Positions 20,655 through 29,743 of a stretch of 64,000 bases of DNA are shown here, piece after piece. Below the pieces are notes generated by a model. The model searched no databases. It saw nothing but the letters and a program-made list of their open reading frames with translations, and had not been told where the DNA came from. Position 1 is the first letter of the stretch. Each line of letters starts with the position of its first letter. Made by a program: the position numbers and the translations under genes. Location of the stretch: the IMG/VR virus record IMGVR_UViG_3300033141_006329, positions 62,001 through 126,000 of that record; one strand, given 5' to 3'.

Positions 20655-20936
20655 TTAACCTGCATCATACAATACGTCACCATTTTTATCTCTTGTTGGT
20701 TTAGCATCACTAGATAATGATTCATCCCATTCAAATTTTGGTCTAAAATCTCCGTCACCATCGGCATATAGTGCTACTTCTCTACTACTACCCATATTAC
20801 CCAAAGATTGCATATGTTCCAGCATTGCTAAAAAAGTAGGGACCCAACGATCTTTCATTGTGCATTCGATAGTAAACTTAGTATTACCATCCTCTTTTAA
20901 TTTTTCTACTATTTCTTCTATCTTTTTCTTCATCAT
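20655..20936 (-). CDS. Hypothetical phage protein
   Basis: 93 aa; M..LG..GSSR.V..YADGDGDFRP motif. Confidence 0.6.
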   Translation of the reverse strand: MMKKKIEEIVEKLKEDGNTKFTIECTMKDRWVPTFLAMLEHMQSLGNMGSSREVALYADGDGDFRPKFEWDESLSSDAKPTRDKNGDVLYDAG

Positions 20937-20948
20937 TTCTTTTTTCCT

Positions 20949-21221
20949 TTAACCAAATAATTCTGTTCTTATTCCTTCTAATATTTTATATATCGAATCG
21001 CACCGTTCATTAATTGTATTTGGACCGTTGTTTAAAATATCAATCAGGCTGGATGTCGCTACTTCCTTACATTCCTCAATTGGTAATATCTCATTATGAA
21101 TATCAGCAGATAGTATTAAAACATATCTTTTCAACTCATCTAATCTATCAATTGCCTCTTCCAATTTCTCATGTTTGGCGGTCTTTTTTGCTTCAATTTT
21201 TTCCGGTATTGTGGTAGCCAT
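20949..21221 (-). CDS. Helical hypothetical protein, tandem paralogue 1 of 3
   Basis: AI.RLDE...L.D.L..GP..I..R...I.K....IRT.LFG shared with the next two ORFs. Confidence 0.65.
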   Translation of the reverse strand: MATTIPEKIEAKKTAKHEKLEEAIDRLDELKRYVLILSADIHNEILPIEECKEVATSSLIDILNNGPNTINERCDSIYKILEGIRTELFG

Positions 21222-21239
21222 AATTTTATTTCTCCTTTC

Positions 21240-21506
21240 TTATCCAAACAATATTGTTCTTAATTCTTTAATCATTTTCAACATTTTACTTCTATGGGCG
21301 TCTAACTGCTCTGAACCTTTATCTAAAAAATCCATAAGATTTGACATTTTTTCTTCAACTACTTCATTCTCTAGTCTATCTTGACCTGTAATTTCTGCCA
21401 ATAACGAGTTTAATAGGTTTTCTGTCTCATCTAATCTGCAAATAGCAATGCTAATTGTCTCATGTTTTTTAGTATTATTGTCCTTCTTTACATCATTATC
21501 AATCAT
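21240..21506 (-). CDS. Helical hypothetical protein, tandem paralogue 2 of 3
   Basis: KHE....AICRLDE...LMDFLDKG....ELRTILFG. Confidence 0.65.
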   Translation of the reverse strand: MIDNDVKKDNNTKKHETISIAICRLDETENLLNSLLAEITGQDRLENEVVEEKMSNLMDFLDKGSEQLDAHRSKMLKMIKELRTILFG

Positions 21507-21520
21507 TTATTTCTCCTTTC

Positions 21521-21841
21521 TTAATCTCCGAATAGTACTGTTCGCACTTCGTTTATGATTTTACATATTGAAACACATCTGTCTCTAATTCTAACTGGGC
21601 CACCGTCTAAAACTCCTCTTAGACTCGGTTTTAGTCTTTCTTCTGAACTATCTTCATCTGCTGCAGGATTACAACAAACATCATCTAACAATCTTGAAAT
21701 AGCTCTTTCTACGTCATCCAATTCACAAATGGCATTGTCTAATTCCACATGTTTTTCTATCTGTTTTTTCTTACAATCCAGACCTTCTACAATTTCACAA
21801 TGTTCGGTCCCTCTTGCTGTCTTCATATTATATCCTGACAT
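21521..21841 (-). CDS. Helical hypothetical protein, tandem paralogue 3 of 3
   Basis: KH.ELDNAICELDD...LRGVLDGGP.RIRDRC..I.K...EVRTVLFG. Confidence 0.65.
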   Translation of the reverse strand: MSGYNMKTARGTEHCEIVEGLDCKKKQIEKHVELDNAICELDDVERAISRLLDDVCCNPAADEDSSEERLKPSLRGVLDGGPVRIRDRCVSICKIINEVRTVLFGD

Positions 21842-21844
21842 TTT

Positions 21845-23101
21845 TTATTTCTCCTTTTCATTGCAGGTATCTCTCCACATGTTGTTAATATTTTCCACCA
21901 TATCTATTACATTCAAACTATCATAACACGGCGAATGTCCTTCTACTGCATGAGGACATTCTGAATATTTATGTAAACAGCACGGTGCGCAATCTGCCTT
22001 AGCATCCGTCCATTCACATTTCTTATATGTCTCTAATCTTATATAGCCTGGAAATGGCCCGTATATCCCATAAGTAGGAATCCCTAATGCAGATGCTATA
22101 TGAATCAATCCTGTATCCACAGATACTACCATGTTAGATAAATATGTCATAGCAGCAGCATATCCCATATGTTTAGAATAAGGACTAAAATCAAAACACA
22201 TTTGAGGTTTATCTGACTTCCATATTAAATCAGCTATCTTAATCTTTTGATCTGGTGCATCAACAAATACTACTGGGATATCATGGGCAAGTATCTCATT
22301 CAAAACTTGTAATTGAAATTCTGGGCGAGGCGTTCTCATTATTGTATTTGCTCTCAATTGTAGGATCATAAACTTTTCTTTTAATTCCCACTTATTAAGA
22401 ATGCTCTGAACATATTGTAAATTGTTTTTATCTGGATTTTGTATTGGATATAGTTCATCTTCTGGTATATCTAAGTTCACCCATCGAGCCAATACTCTAT
22501 AAATATTTGTTGTTTCTGCTTCCTTACATTTTCCTATAATGCCATCAAAATGAATATGATAATCAGCTGAGATAAAAGGTATTTCAGTACATGGTGTAGG
22601 ATATAAATTATCTAAAAAATCCCAAGATTTAGAGAAGTGATGATGTCTTGCTGGATGTGCAAATGCTAATTTACAGTTAGGATAAAGTTTTTTGATGTAT
22701 CGAAGAATTGGTTGAACAAACATACTATCTCCCATTCCTCCTCCATATTGCCACATTAATAATCTCTTTCCATTGAGATCCTCACCATTCCAGGGTTTTA
22801 GATTTTTTGTAAATCTATTTGTTGCTTTAAATATCTTTGAATGATATCCGTCAATAAATGATAAAAGATCTATCATGTAGCGTCTATCTTTCTTTATCTT
22901 CAACGTGTAACCATCTGTAAATTCTAATACTCTTGTTTTTCTTGGTTGTGTTATAACCATTTCTGGTGGCCTATTCCTAAATTCATCTAGGGTATTTACC
23001 TGTACGTTTTTTATAATTTCTGTATCATCTAATTCGTACCCTAGTTCTCTTATAATATTATTAGGTAGTATTTTTGGCCCTGAATCTAATGGGGTTTTCA
23101 T
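21845..23101 (-). CDS. GT9-family (ADP-heptose-type) glycosyltransferase with N-terminal extension
   Basis: WNGEDLNGKRLL...GGGMGD; VVSVDTGLIHIASALGIPTYGIYGP; C-terminal CAPC...C...C. Confidence 0.8.
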   Translation of the reverse strand: MKTPLDSGPKILPNNIIRELGYELDDTEIIKNVQVNTLDEFRNRPPEMVITQPRKTRVLEFTDGYTLKIKKDRRYMIDLLSFIDGYHSKIFKATNRFTKNLKPWNGEDLNGKRLLMWQYGGGMGDSMFVQPILRYIKKLYPNCKLAFAHPARHHHFSKSWDFLDNLYPTPCTEIPFISADYHIHFDGIIGKCKEAETTNIYRVLARWVNLDIPEDELYPIQNPDKNNLQYVQSILNKWELKEKFMILQLRANTIMRTPRPEFQLQVLNEILAHDIPVVFVDAPDQKIKIADLIWKSDKPQMCFDFSPYSKHMGYAAAMTYLSNMVVSVDTGLIHIASALGIPTYGIYGPFPGYIRLETYKKCEWTDAKADCAPCCLHKYSECPHAVEGHSPCYDSLNVIDMVENINNMWRDTCNEKEK

Positions 23102-23104
23102 TTT

Positions 23105-23281
23105 TTATTTTTTACTCCTTCTTCTATTATTCCTAAAACCACAATTTGGACATTTTTTATAATCTCCAACTAGCTGACAATCGCAACTCATGCACCAATA
23201 TTTATGAGGCCGCGGAGTCATAGTTACTTCTCTATTCGACTTTTTAAAATCTGTATCTTCTCTATATTTTTCTTTATACAT
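23105..23281 (-). CDS. Small Zn-ribbon protein (58 aa, not in ORF track)
   Basis: MYKEKYRE...WCMSCDCQLVGDYKKCPNCG... Confidence 0.6.
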   Translation of the reverse strand: MYKEKYREDTDFKKSNREVTMTPRPHKYWCMSCDCQLVGDYKKCPNCGFRNNRRRSKK

Positions 23282-23282
23282 A

Positions 23283-23522
23283 TTAATCGTCTGTCACATC
23301 AAACATACTTTTTATATCGTCAATATTTAGTTTATTTAGATCTTCCTCTTCTTCATTATCTACTGCATTGTTTAATACACCTATTGCCGTGTCGAATAAA
23401 TATATGGCTGCTTCAGGTTCAGAACAATCTAATTCTCTACTAAGTTCGACGATATAAGTATAAACATCCATAGGTATTCCTATTGTCATTTCCATTACTT
23501 GCTCGAATTTTTCCTTTAACAT
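23283..23522 (-). CDS. Hypothetical protein
   Basis: 79 aa, GAGAGG RBS. Confidence 0.55.
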   Translation of the reverse strand: MLKEKFEQVMEMTIGIPMDVYTYIVELSRELDCSEPEAAIYLFDTAIGVLNNAVDNEEEEDLNKLNIDDIKSMFDVTDD

Positions 23523-23531
23523 ATCCTCTCC

Positions 23532-23951
23532 TTATAACATATCCGTTTCTCTTATTTTTTTAATTATTAGCAATGTTCCAATATTTTTATTATTACCTTC
23601 CACAAATCTATCAAAAAATATACTATCGAGAGGAACTAATAATTTCTCCATAGTTGCTGTGATGTCCATAACCATTTCAGATGCTGCACTGCTGCCTGCT
23701 TGTAGTCCAGGTAATTGCATTGTTATAAATATAATGATAGCATCAGATTTCTTAAATATTGTCTTATACATACAGATATATGTATCCTTCTTAAACTTGT
23801 GTAATACACCATCCTTCTCTGCTTGTCTGATAGCTTTTATTGGGCCAATATCGACATCAATATAATTACCACTAACTCTTGTTTGTACAAATAATTGCAG
23901 AATTTTATTCATTCCGGCCATGATTAGCTCCTTTCTCCATCCATTTTCCAT
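23532..23951 (-). CDS. Hypothetical protein
   Basis: 139-aa ORF; true start probably downstream at MIMAG/MNK. Confidence 0.55.
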   Translation of the reverse strand: MENGWRKELIMAGMNKILQLFVQTRVSGNYIDVDIGPIKAIRQAEKDGVLHKFKKDTYICMYKTIFKKSDAIIIFITMQLPGLQAGSSAASEMVMDITATMEKLLVPLDSIFFDRFVEGNNKNIGTLLIIKKIRETDML

Positions 23952-24942
23952 AGGTGAAATTTGTCTGACTCAATGCTATAGGTAGTTTACCAAAATCCTC
24001 CCCATATTTATTTCTATATATTTTAAGATTTAGAACTGAGGGATTTCGTTTGAAATATATATAATCTGATTCCTTCTTATCGTTGTCAGATAGTATTATA
24101 AAATTAGCAGCTGTTAATCTACATTGATCTAATACTGACGGAACTATATTATAATAGTTACAACCCAATACTGCTGCCCATATACACGAGTTCATTTTTA
24201 AGTCCTGTAACTCATGTGAATTTATTGCCACTAACAAATCAAAAATACCCTCACACAATACTATAGTATTTGTATCGCTTCTTGTAACACAAGTTTGTAT
24301 GCTATACATATCCTTAAAGAAATTATTATTGCTGAGGTTTATTTTTACATATCTAAATGATGAACTCGAATCTGTATTCCTCAATACTAAGATAGAACCA
24401 TTATTGCTAATAAACCCTACATAATTGTTCTCATAAAACTCTAGGAATCTTTGTCTATTTCCTAAATCTATATTATTATCCATTATAAATTTTCTAATGT
24501 TAAGAATTAAGCCTGGTATTTTATCAATATCTGTATCAAACCCCAAACGCCCCTTGAGATACTGTCTCTTAATCATGTATTTGTCCGTTTGTATGTCTGG
24601 GATTATGAATTTATTTTTCCTGAAACTTTTCTTATAATAGGAGTATTCTTTTCCCGCTGGTCGAAATTTTAACATATCTTCTGATATATAATCTTTAGGG
24701 TCTTCTCCAAGGATTCGTAAGAGTTTTATAAGTGTACCCTTGCAATCATCTGTTTTAAAACAATTATAGACTGGTAATTCGTTTGGATGATCAGGTATCT
24801 TTATATATAGATGTCCATGATTTTTCCTGGCATCTTTTTCGCAGATAGGACATCTGCATATTAGCTCATCTTTAGAGGCATTGAAATATGCTAAACCTGT
24901 CTTTTCTTTTAGGAGATCTTGGAGATTATTATAGTCTATCAT
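23905..24942 (-). CDS. DNA primase (Zn-finger plus TOPRIM, T4 gp61-like)
   Basis: CRCPIC...HLYI...YNCF...C Zn domain; VLCEGIFD and LSDND TOPRIM motifs. Confidence 0.8.
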   Translation of the reverse strand: MIDYNNLQDLLKEKTGLAYFNASKDELICRCPICEKDARKNHGHLYIKIPDHPNELPVYNCFKTDDCKGTLIKLLRILGEDPKDYISEDMLKFRPAGKEYSYYKKSFRKNKFIIPDIQTDKYMIKRQYLKGRLGFDTDIDKIPGLILNIRKFIMDNNIDLGNRQRFLEFYENNYVGFISNNGSILVLRNTDSSSSFRYVKINLSNNNFFKDMYSIQTCVTRSDTNTIVLCEGIFDLLVAINSHELQDLKMNSCIWAAVLGCNYYNIVPSVLDQCRLTAANFIILSDNDKKESDYIYFKRNPSVLNLKIYRNKYGEDFGKLPIALSQTNFTYGKWMEKGANHGRNE

Positions 24943-24945
24943 GAT

Positions 24946-25245
24946 TTAACCTATTGTGACCCTTGCACCACAAGTATAAAATCCCGCTTCATCTAGTTCC
25001 CCATACTGTAACAATACACTTATCCAGAAACTATCTTCATTTACATCTATTGGTCCAATAGAATAATCCATCAAATCGTTTTCTCCTAAATGTTTCTGCA
25101 ATTCTAAATCAACTTCGTCGGTAAGGGCCTCTAAGCACTCTTCGGTTGGTTGACTATTTTGAAATCCTCTAGCTATTTCTATGATGGTTTTTTCTATTTC
25201 GATTCCATCGTTTACACATCTACATAATATATCAAATACAGTCAT
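24946..25245 (-). CDS. Hypothetical protein
   Basis: 99 aa, AGGAG RBS. Confidence 0.55.
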   Translation of the reverse strand: MTVFDILCRCVNDGIEIEKTIIEIARGFQNSQPTEECLEALTDEVDLELQKHLGENDLMDYSIGPIDVNEDSFWISVLLQYGELDEAGFYTCGARVTIG

Positions 25246-25260
25246 CTTTTATTTCTCCTA

Positions 25261-26229
25261 TTATTTCTTAAGGGTTTGAAGTTGTCGTCCGAGTTTCACA
25301 GTCTTATACACCATTGCCATGAAGTGTACTGGGGGAATCATTGCTTCCATGTGTGAATTGGCATAATCATTAATTATAATTTTTGCCCAGACGGGAACAT
25401 TTGCATCGTAGAATAATTCCTGATATAAAGATCTATAATCTAACTCATTTGTCGTTAAATATTTTGTGAGATTGTTTATAGATTGGCTAACTATGGAGGC
25501 TTTGTTTTGAGTGATTCCTAAGAATGTTTCTGATAATAATGACCTGACGATCTTCTCTTTAGATTCTATATCTTTACCCTTTATTTGTAACTTTCCGCCT
25601 TCACTTCTTGACTGGAGCATGTTCACAATTTTTCTAATGTCAGGGTAGAGTGTAGAGATAACTCTGTCTAATGCAATTTTATCATACTCTATATTTTCCT
25701 TTTCTAATATGCCTATACACATCTTTTCTATATATTCTTTAGGAACTTTTTTAAACTCGAATCGCTGGCATCTTGACTGAAGAGGATCTAAGATTTTATA
25801 GAGATAGTTACAAGTGAGTATAAATCGACCATTGGCATGATAAGTCTCCATAATATTTCTCAGACAAGCCTGAGCAGCTTGGGACAAGTAATCTGCTTCA
25901 TCTATAAAAACTATTTTAGTACGAGATCCCCCGAATGTAGGAGTCTTTAGAAAATCTTCGATATGATTTCGAACCGCATCTATGCCTGTAGAAGATGAAC
26001 CATTCATATACATAACATCCATATTATCTGAAGTTAATTTTTTTATTAAAATTCTTGAAATAGCTGTCTTACCACTTCCCGGAGGCCCAAAAATTAGCAG
26101 ATGCGGAATCTCTTTTTCATTGATAAATTTCTCAAATATTTTTCTGTAATCATCGGGTAATACCATATTCTCTAATTTTGAGGGTCTATACTTCTCCACC
26201 CACAAGTAATTTTTTTCCATATTTTTCAT
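25261..26229 (-). CDS. Sliding-clamp loader AAA+ subunit (T4 gp44/RFC-small-like)
   Basis: LWVEKYRP, GPPGSGKT Walker A, IDEAD Walker B, SRC motif. Confidence 0.9.
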   Translation of the reverse strand: MKNMEKNYLWVEKYRPSKLENMVLPDDYRKIFEKFINEKEIPHLLIFGPPGSGKTAISRILIKKLTSDNMDVMYMNGSSSTGIDAVRNHIEDFLKTPTFGGSRTKIVFIDEADYLSQAAQACLRNIMETYHANGRFILTCNYLYKILDPLQSRCQRFEFKKVPKEYIEKMCIGILEKENIEYDKIALDRVISTLYPDIRKIVNMLQSRSEGGKLQIKGKDIESKEKIVRSLLSETFLGITQNKASIVSQSINNLTKYLTTNELDYRSLYQELFYDANVPVWAKIIINDYANSHMEAMIPPVHFMAMVYKTVKLGRQLQTLKK

Positions 26230-26247
26230 AGAACCCCTCCCCTATTA

Positions 26248-26312
26248 ATTATGCTTTAACGTTTTTAATTTGTCCAGTCGTATGTGTGGAGTTTTGATTT
26301 TAATATAATTTA
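26248..26312. repeat. 65-bp exact direct repeat, copy 1 (contains the regulatory element)
   Basis: ATTATGCTTTAACGTTTTTAATTTGTCCAGTCGTATGTGTGGAGTTTTGATTTTAATATAATTTA, identical at 27938..28002. Confidence 0.8.
26266..26289 (-). promoter_or_regulatory. Class 1 element upstream of clamp loader
   Basis: CCACACATACGACTGGACAAATTA. Confidence 0.7.
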
Positions 26313-26320
26313 TTCCTCCT

Positions 26321-26566
26321 TTAATATGGCATCCCTTCATTTGGATCTGTTTCTTGTATTGCATCATAATCTTCAAATGTTTCTTTTGTCTTACATTTTG
26401 GGCACCTATATGTAATCATCGGAATCCTACAATTCAAATCCCCTCGAAAACAATCATATTTTGTCCATTCTTTATAAATACGAGATTCTTCAGGTACTTT
26501 TATCTTACATTTTTTACAATAAACTTCTCCTGTAAAATACTCATCAAAAATGTAATCGAACTTCAT
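26321..26566 (-). CDS. Small Zn-ribbon protein
   Basis: CKKC...CPKC; GGAGG RBS. Confidence 0.6.
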   Translation of the reverse strand: MKFDYIFDEYFTGEVYCKKCKIKVPEESRIYKEWTKYDCFRGDLNCRIPMITYRCPKCKTKETFEDYDAIQETDPNEGMPY

Positions 26567-26638
26567 TTTTTACTTCCTCCCATATTTTGTCCAACTCTTC
26601 CATTCTAATTCCCCCCCTGGTTGTGATTTTATTCTTTT

Positions 26639-26662
26639 TAATTTGTCCAGTCATATGTGTGG
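26639..26662 (-). promoter_or_regulatory. Class 1 element upstream of Zn-ribbon ORF
   Basis: CCACACATATGACTGGACAAATTA. Confidence 0.7.
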
Positions 26663-26672
26663 AGTTTCAACT

Positions 26673-27920
26673 TTAATTTGCTCCAATATCCTTCCTGTAA
26701 TACATGCCCTCAAAATGTGTTTTTTCTATTGCTCTATTAGTTAATTCTGAGGCTAATTTTAAATTAGAAGCCTTAGCCACAACGCTATACACACGACCCC
26801 CATTTGTAATTATTTCTCCATCTACATATTTCGTACCAGCATGAAATATTTTTGCTTCGCTATCTTCTATTCCACTTATTTCAAATCCCTTCACACATTC
26901 TCCTGGATATCCGCTAGATACTGCTACTTGACAAATAGCACTTTCATCTGACCATTCAATATCTGTCCAACCTAACATCCGATTGGTACAATTATCCATT
27001 ACTCTAACTAAATCACTTTTCAGAAGCATTAAAATAACCTGCGCTTCAGGGTCTCCGAGCCTAACATTATATTCTAAAACATAAGGCTCATCATCTTTGA
27101 TCATCAGTCCTATATAAAGAACTCCTCTATAATCAATTTTGCTTTCTTTTAACCCTTTAATTGTTAGGTTTATTATATTCTTTTCAATTTTCTCAAATAG
27201 TTCAGGTGTAATTAAATCATGTGGACAATATGAACCCATTCCCCCAGTGTTCAATGCACCTTCATCGGAATTTAACTTTTTATAATCCTTGGCAATTGGC
27301 ATAATCTTTGCTGTCTGTCCATCAAAAAACATCATACATGACGCTTCAAATCCTTCTATAAAATCCTCTATTAGAATATTATCTCCAGCTTCTCCAAATC
27401 TTTTTTCTACCATTATTTCATTTAATGCATATATACCATCTGACTTATCATTGCATATATAAACACCTTTTCCTGCGGCTAATCCATCTGCTTTAATAAC
27501 ATACTTACCTGACTTATTTTCAATATATTTTTTAGCAGAGTTAATATTAGAAAAAGTCCTAAAACTAGATGTAGGGATTTCATTCTTACACATAAAAATC
27601 TTAGCAAATATCTTACTTGATTCCAACCGTGCAGCCTTCTTATTTGGTCCAAATATTTTTAAACCCCTTCTCTCAAACTCATCTACTATTCCTAGACTCA
27701 GAGGTAATTCGGGCCCAACTACAGTTAGATCTATTTTTTCTTCTAATGCGAATTCAGCAAGACTTCCTATATCTGAAATATCTCCTGGTACACATTTAGC
27801 ATGTTTACTTATTCCGGGGTTTCCAGGTATGCATATTATTTCTGGTTTTTGTGGACTCTGGGATAGTTTCCATGTAATAGCATGTTCTCGTCCTCCAGAT
27901 CCTATAACTAATATCTTCAT
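26673..27920 (-). CDS. purD: Phosphoribosylamine-glycine ligase
   Basis: GSGGREHA, VVGPE.PL..G..D.F, LESSK.FAK, VIKADGLAAGKGV, D.K......G.NTGGMG, EYNVRLGDPE, HAGT, GGRV, YYRKDIG. Confidence 0.95.
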   Translation of the reverse strand: MKILVIGSGGREHAITWKLSQSPQKPEIICIPGNPGISKHAKCVPGDISDIGSLAEFALEEKIDLTVVGPELPLSLGIVDEFERRGLKIFGPNKKAARLESSKIFAKIFMCKNEIPTSSFRTFSNINSAKKYIENKSGKYVIKADGLAAGKGVYICNDKSDGIYALNEIMVEKRFGEAGDNILIEDFIEGFEASCMMFFDGQTAKIMPIAKDYKKLNSDEGALNTGGMGSYCPHDLITPELFEKIEKNIINLTIKGLKESKIDYRGVLYIGLMIKDDEPYVLEYNVRLGDPEAQVILMLLKSDLVRVMDNCTNRMLGWTDIEWSDESAICQVAVSSGYPGECVKGFEISGIEDSEAKIFHAGTKYVDGEIITNGGRVYSVVAKASNLKLASELTNRAIEKTHFEGMYYRKDIGAN

Positions 27921-27937
27921 ATATAATCCCCTTTATT

Positions 27938-28002
27938 ATTATGCTTTAACGTTTTTAATTTGTCCAGTCGTATGTGTGGAGTTTTGATTTTAATATAATT
28001 TA
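27938..28002. repeat. 65-bp exact direct repeat, copy 2
   Basis: Identical to 26248..26312; offset 1690 bp. Confidence 0.8.
27956..27979 (-). promoter_or_regulatory. Class 1 element upstream of purD
   Basis: CCACACATACGACTGGACAAATTA. Confidence 0.7.
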
Positions 28003-28016
28003 ATCCTCTTTCTCCT

Positions 28017-28838
28017 TTATAAATTTTCTATTACTTTTGTCACTCTTATTGCACTATCAATATTGGTCTCAGCGTCGCCATTAAGGATATGCTTAAATTT
28101 CTCTACTGAGTTTTTCAGATATTCTGACCCATCGCCAGACGGTGAATGACTCAACCCATTATACATTTCTATAGTAACAGAGTCAATGTACCCATGATTA
28201 TATGTTACTCTCCCTTTCTCAAAAAAGAAAACAAATTCGAATTTATATTCTTTCATAGCATTTACTATTATATTTCCCATATCACCAACTATAACATCAT
28301 TGAAATAATTTGTATCTTTATCTTTAACAGATTTAAAACTCATCTTATCTACATCTGAAACTAAATCTATGACACTTAATACGTGGGAAGTAAGCAACCA
28401 ATTGCAGGATTCTTGGGGGTTTTCTACTATTTTACAACGGTGACAGGTTGTATATTTGAGTGGTCCTATTACATGATTTGTTAACCTTACTTGTTTTAAT
28501 ATATTTAATATAGGGGATGATTGCATTTGGTAATCTACATATAACTTTAATCCTTTTCTATTTGCTATATCTCTAAGTTCTTCAGCTTCTGCTGTGGTTT
28601 TTGCTATTGGTTTTTCCAGGAATACATGCTTACCAGCTTCTAAAGCTTTTTTAGCTATTTTGAAATGAGTAGGTATCGGGGTTGCTATAAAAACTGCTTC
28701 TATATCCTCTCTCAATAATATATTATCTAATGACTCTTCTTTCGTAGTGGTAATCAACTCAAAGTTTTTCTCTATGTAAGGGGTGAGAATATTCCCCCAC
28801 CTACCTGTGCCTATTAATGCTACTTTTATTTTATTCAT
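28017..28838 (-). CDS. Gfo/Idh/MocA-family NAD(P)-dependent oxidoreductase
   Basis: KVALIGTGRWG, VFIATP..THF..A..AL.AGKHVFLEKP. Confidence 0.85.
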   Translation of the reverse strand: MNKIKVALIGTGRWGNILTPYIEKNFELITTTKEESLDNILLREDIEAVFIATPIPTHFKIAKKALEAGKHVFLEKPIAKTTAEAEELRDIANRKGLKLYVDYQMQSSPILNILKQVRLTNHVIGPLKYTTCHRCKIVENPQESCNWLLTSHVLSVIDLVSDVDKMSFKSVKDKDTNYFNDVIVGDMGNIIVNAMKEYKFEFVFFFEKGRVTYNHGYIDSVTIEMYNGLSHSPSGDGSEYLKNSVEKFKHILNGDAETNIDSAIRVTKVIENL

Positions 28839-29743
28839 AATGTCTCCTTTAATTTTTCTTTGAAAAGATCAAATCTATTTTTAATACTATGATTTTCTAA
28901 TATAAATCTCATGGCCGAATTTCTTATTTTATCAAAATCATTTGGATTTTTCAATACCTCATCTAATTTGGAAAATAAATTATGTTTAGAAATTTCTATA
29001 TAATGTATATTTTTTCGAAAGCCCAATTTATCAAGATCGGGAGTTTCATTAGCTAACAAAAGTGAACCAGTAGCAGGAATTTCAAAATATTTACGAACCA
29101 CATAATCAAATTTTGACGAGGTAGTCAGACAGCAAAAATAAGTCCTTAAAGTTTTATAATAATCTATCCCTACTTTACTCTTATTTATATCTATTTTTGT
29201 ATAACCGGGATGTTTTAGGAATTCAATATGTTTATTATTCTGACTCAACGCAAAGTGTCTTAATGGATAGAAATTTTTATCAATGCAACCAGAAACTAAA
29301 CATTTCATAATTGGATTTTTATTAATATCAGAAAAAGAATGAGGAACAACAAAATGTGGAAACCATTGGTATTTATGGATAAACTCCGAATAATCTTTTC
29401 TAAATGCATAGTCATATGGACATAATATTAGATCTGCCCTTCTCATCATATTTTTGTAATTATTTTTAGTCTCATTGTTACCATGTATATCAGTATTATA
29501 AATTATTAATTTTTTATTCTTTGGGAGATTTAATAATCCTTTCATCAAATTTATTGCTCTTTTTCCATGTGGACACTTATATGTTATTATAATATCCTCA
29601 TTGATATCATGTGGATCATAATTATCAGCATAGACAATATTAAAACCAAATTCTTTTTTCAGCATCTCAAAAAAACAAATATATCTGCCTACTACTATAG
29701 GATTATCTTTAAATGTATTTGGTATTATAATTAATCCCTTCAT
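28835..29743 (-). CDS. GT-B glycosyltransferase (Glyco_trans_1_2/CgeB-like)
   Basis: VRKYFEIPATGSLLL...G.....HYI...IR......I...HS...R; paralogue of 31631..32542. Confidence 0.75.
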   Translation of the reverse strand: MKGLIIIPNTFKDNPIVVGRYICFFEMLKKEFGFNIVYADNYDPHDINEDIIITYKCPHGKRAINLMKGLLNLPKNKKLIIYNTDIHGNNETKNNYKNMMRRADLILCPYDYAFRKDYSEFIHKYQWFPHFVVPHSFSDINKNPIMKCLVSGCIDKNFYPLRHFALSQNNKHIEFLKHPGYTKIDINKSKVGIDYYKTLRTYFCCLTTSSKFDYVVRKYFEIPATGSLLLANETPDLDKLGFRKNIHYIEISKHNLFSKLDEVLKNPNDFDKIRNSAMRFILENHSIKNRFDLFKEKLKETL

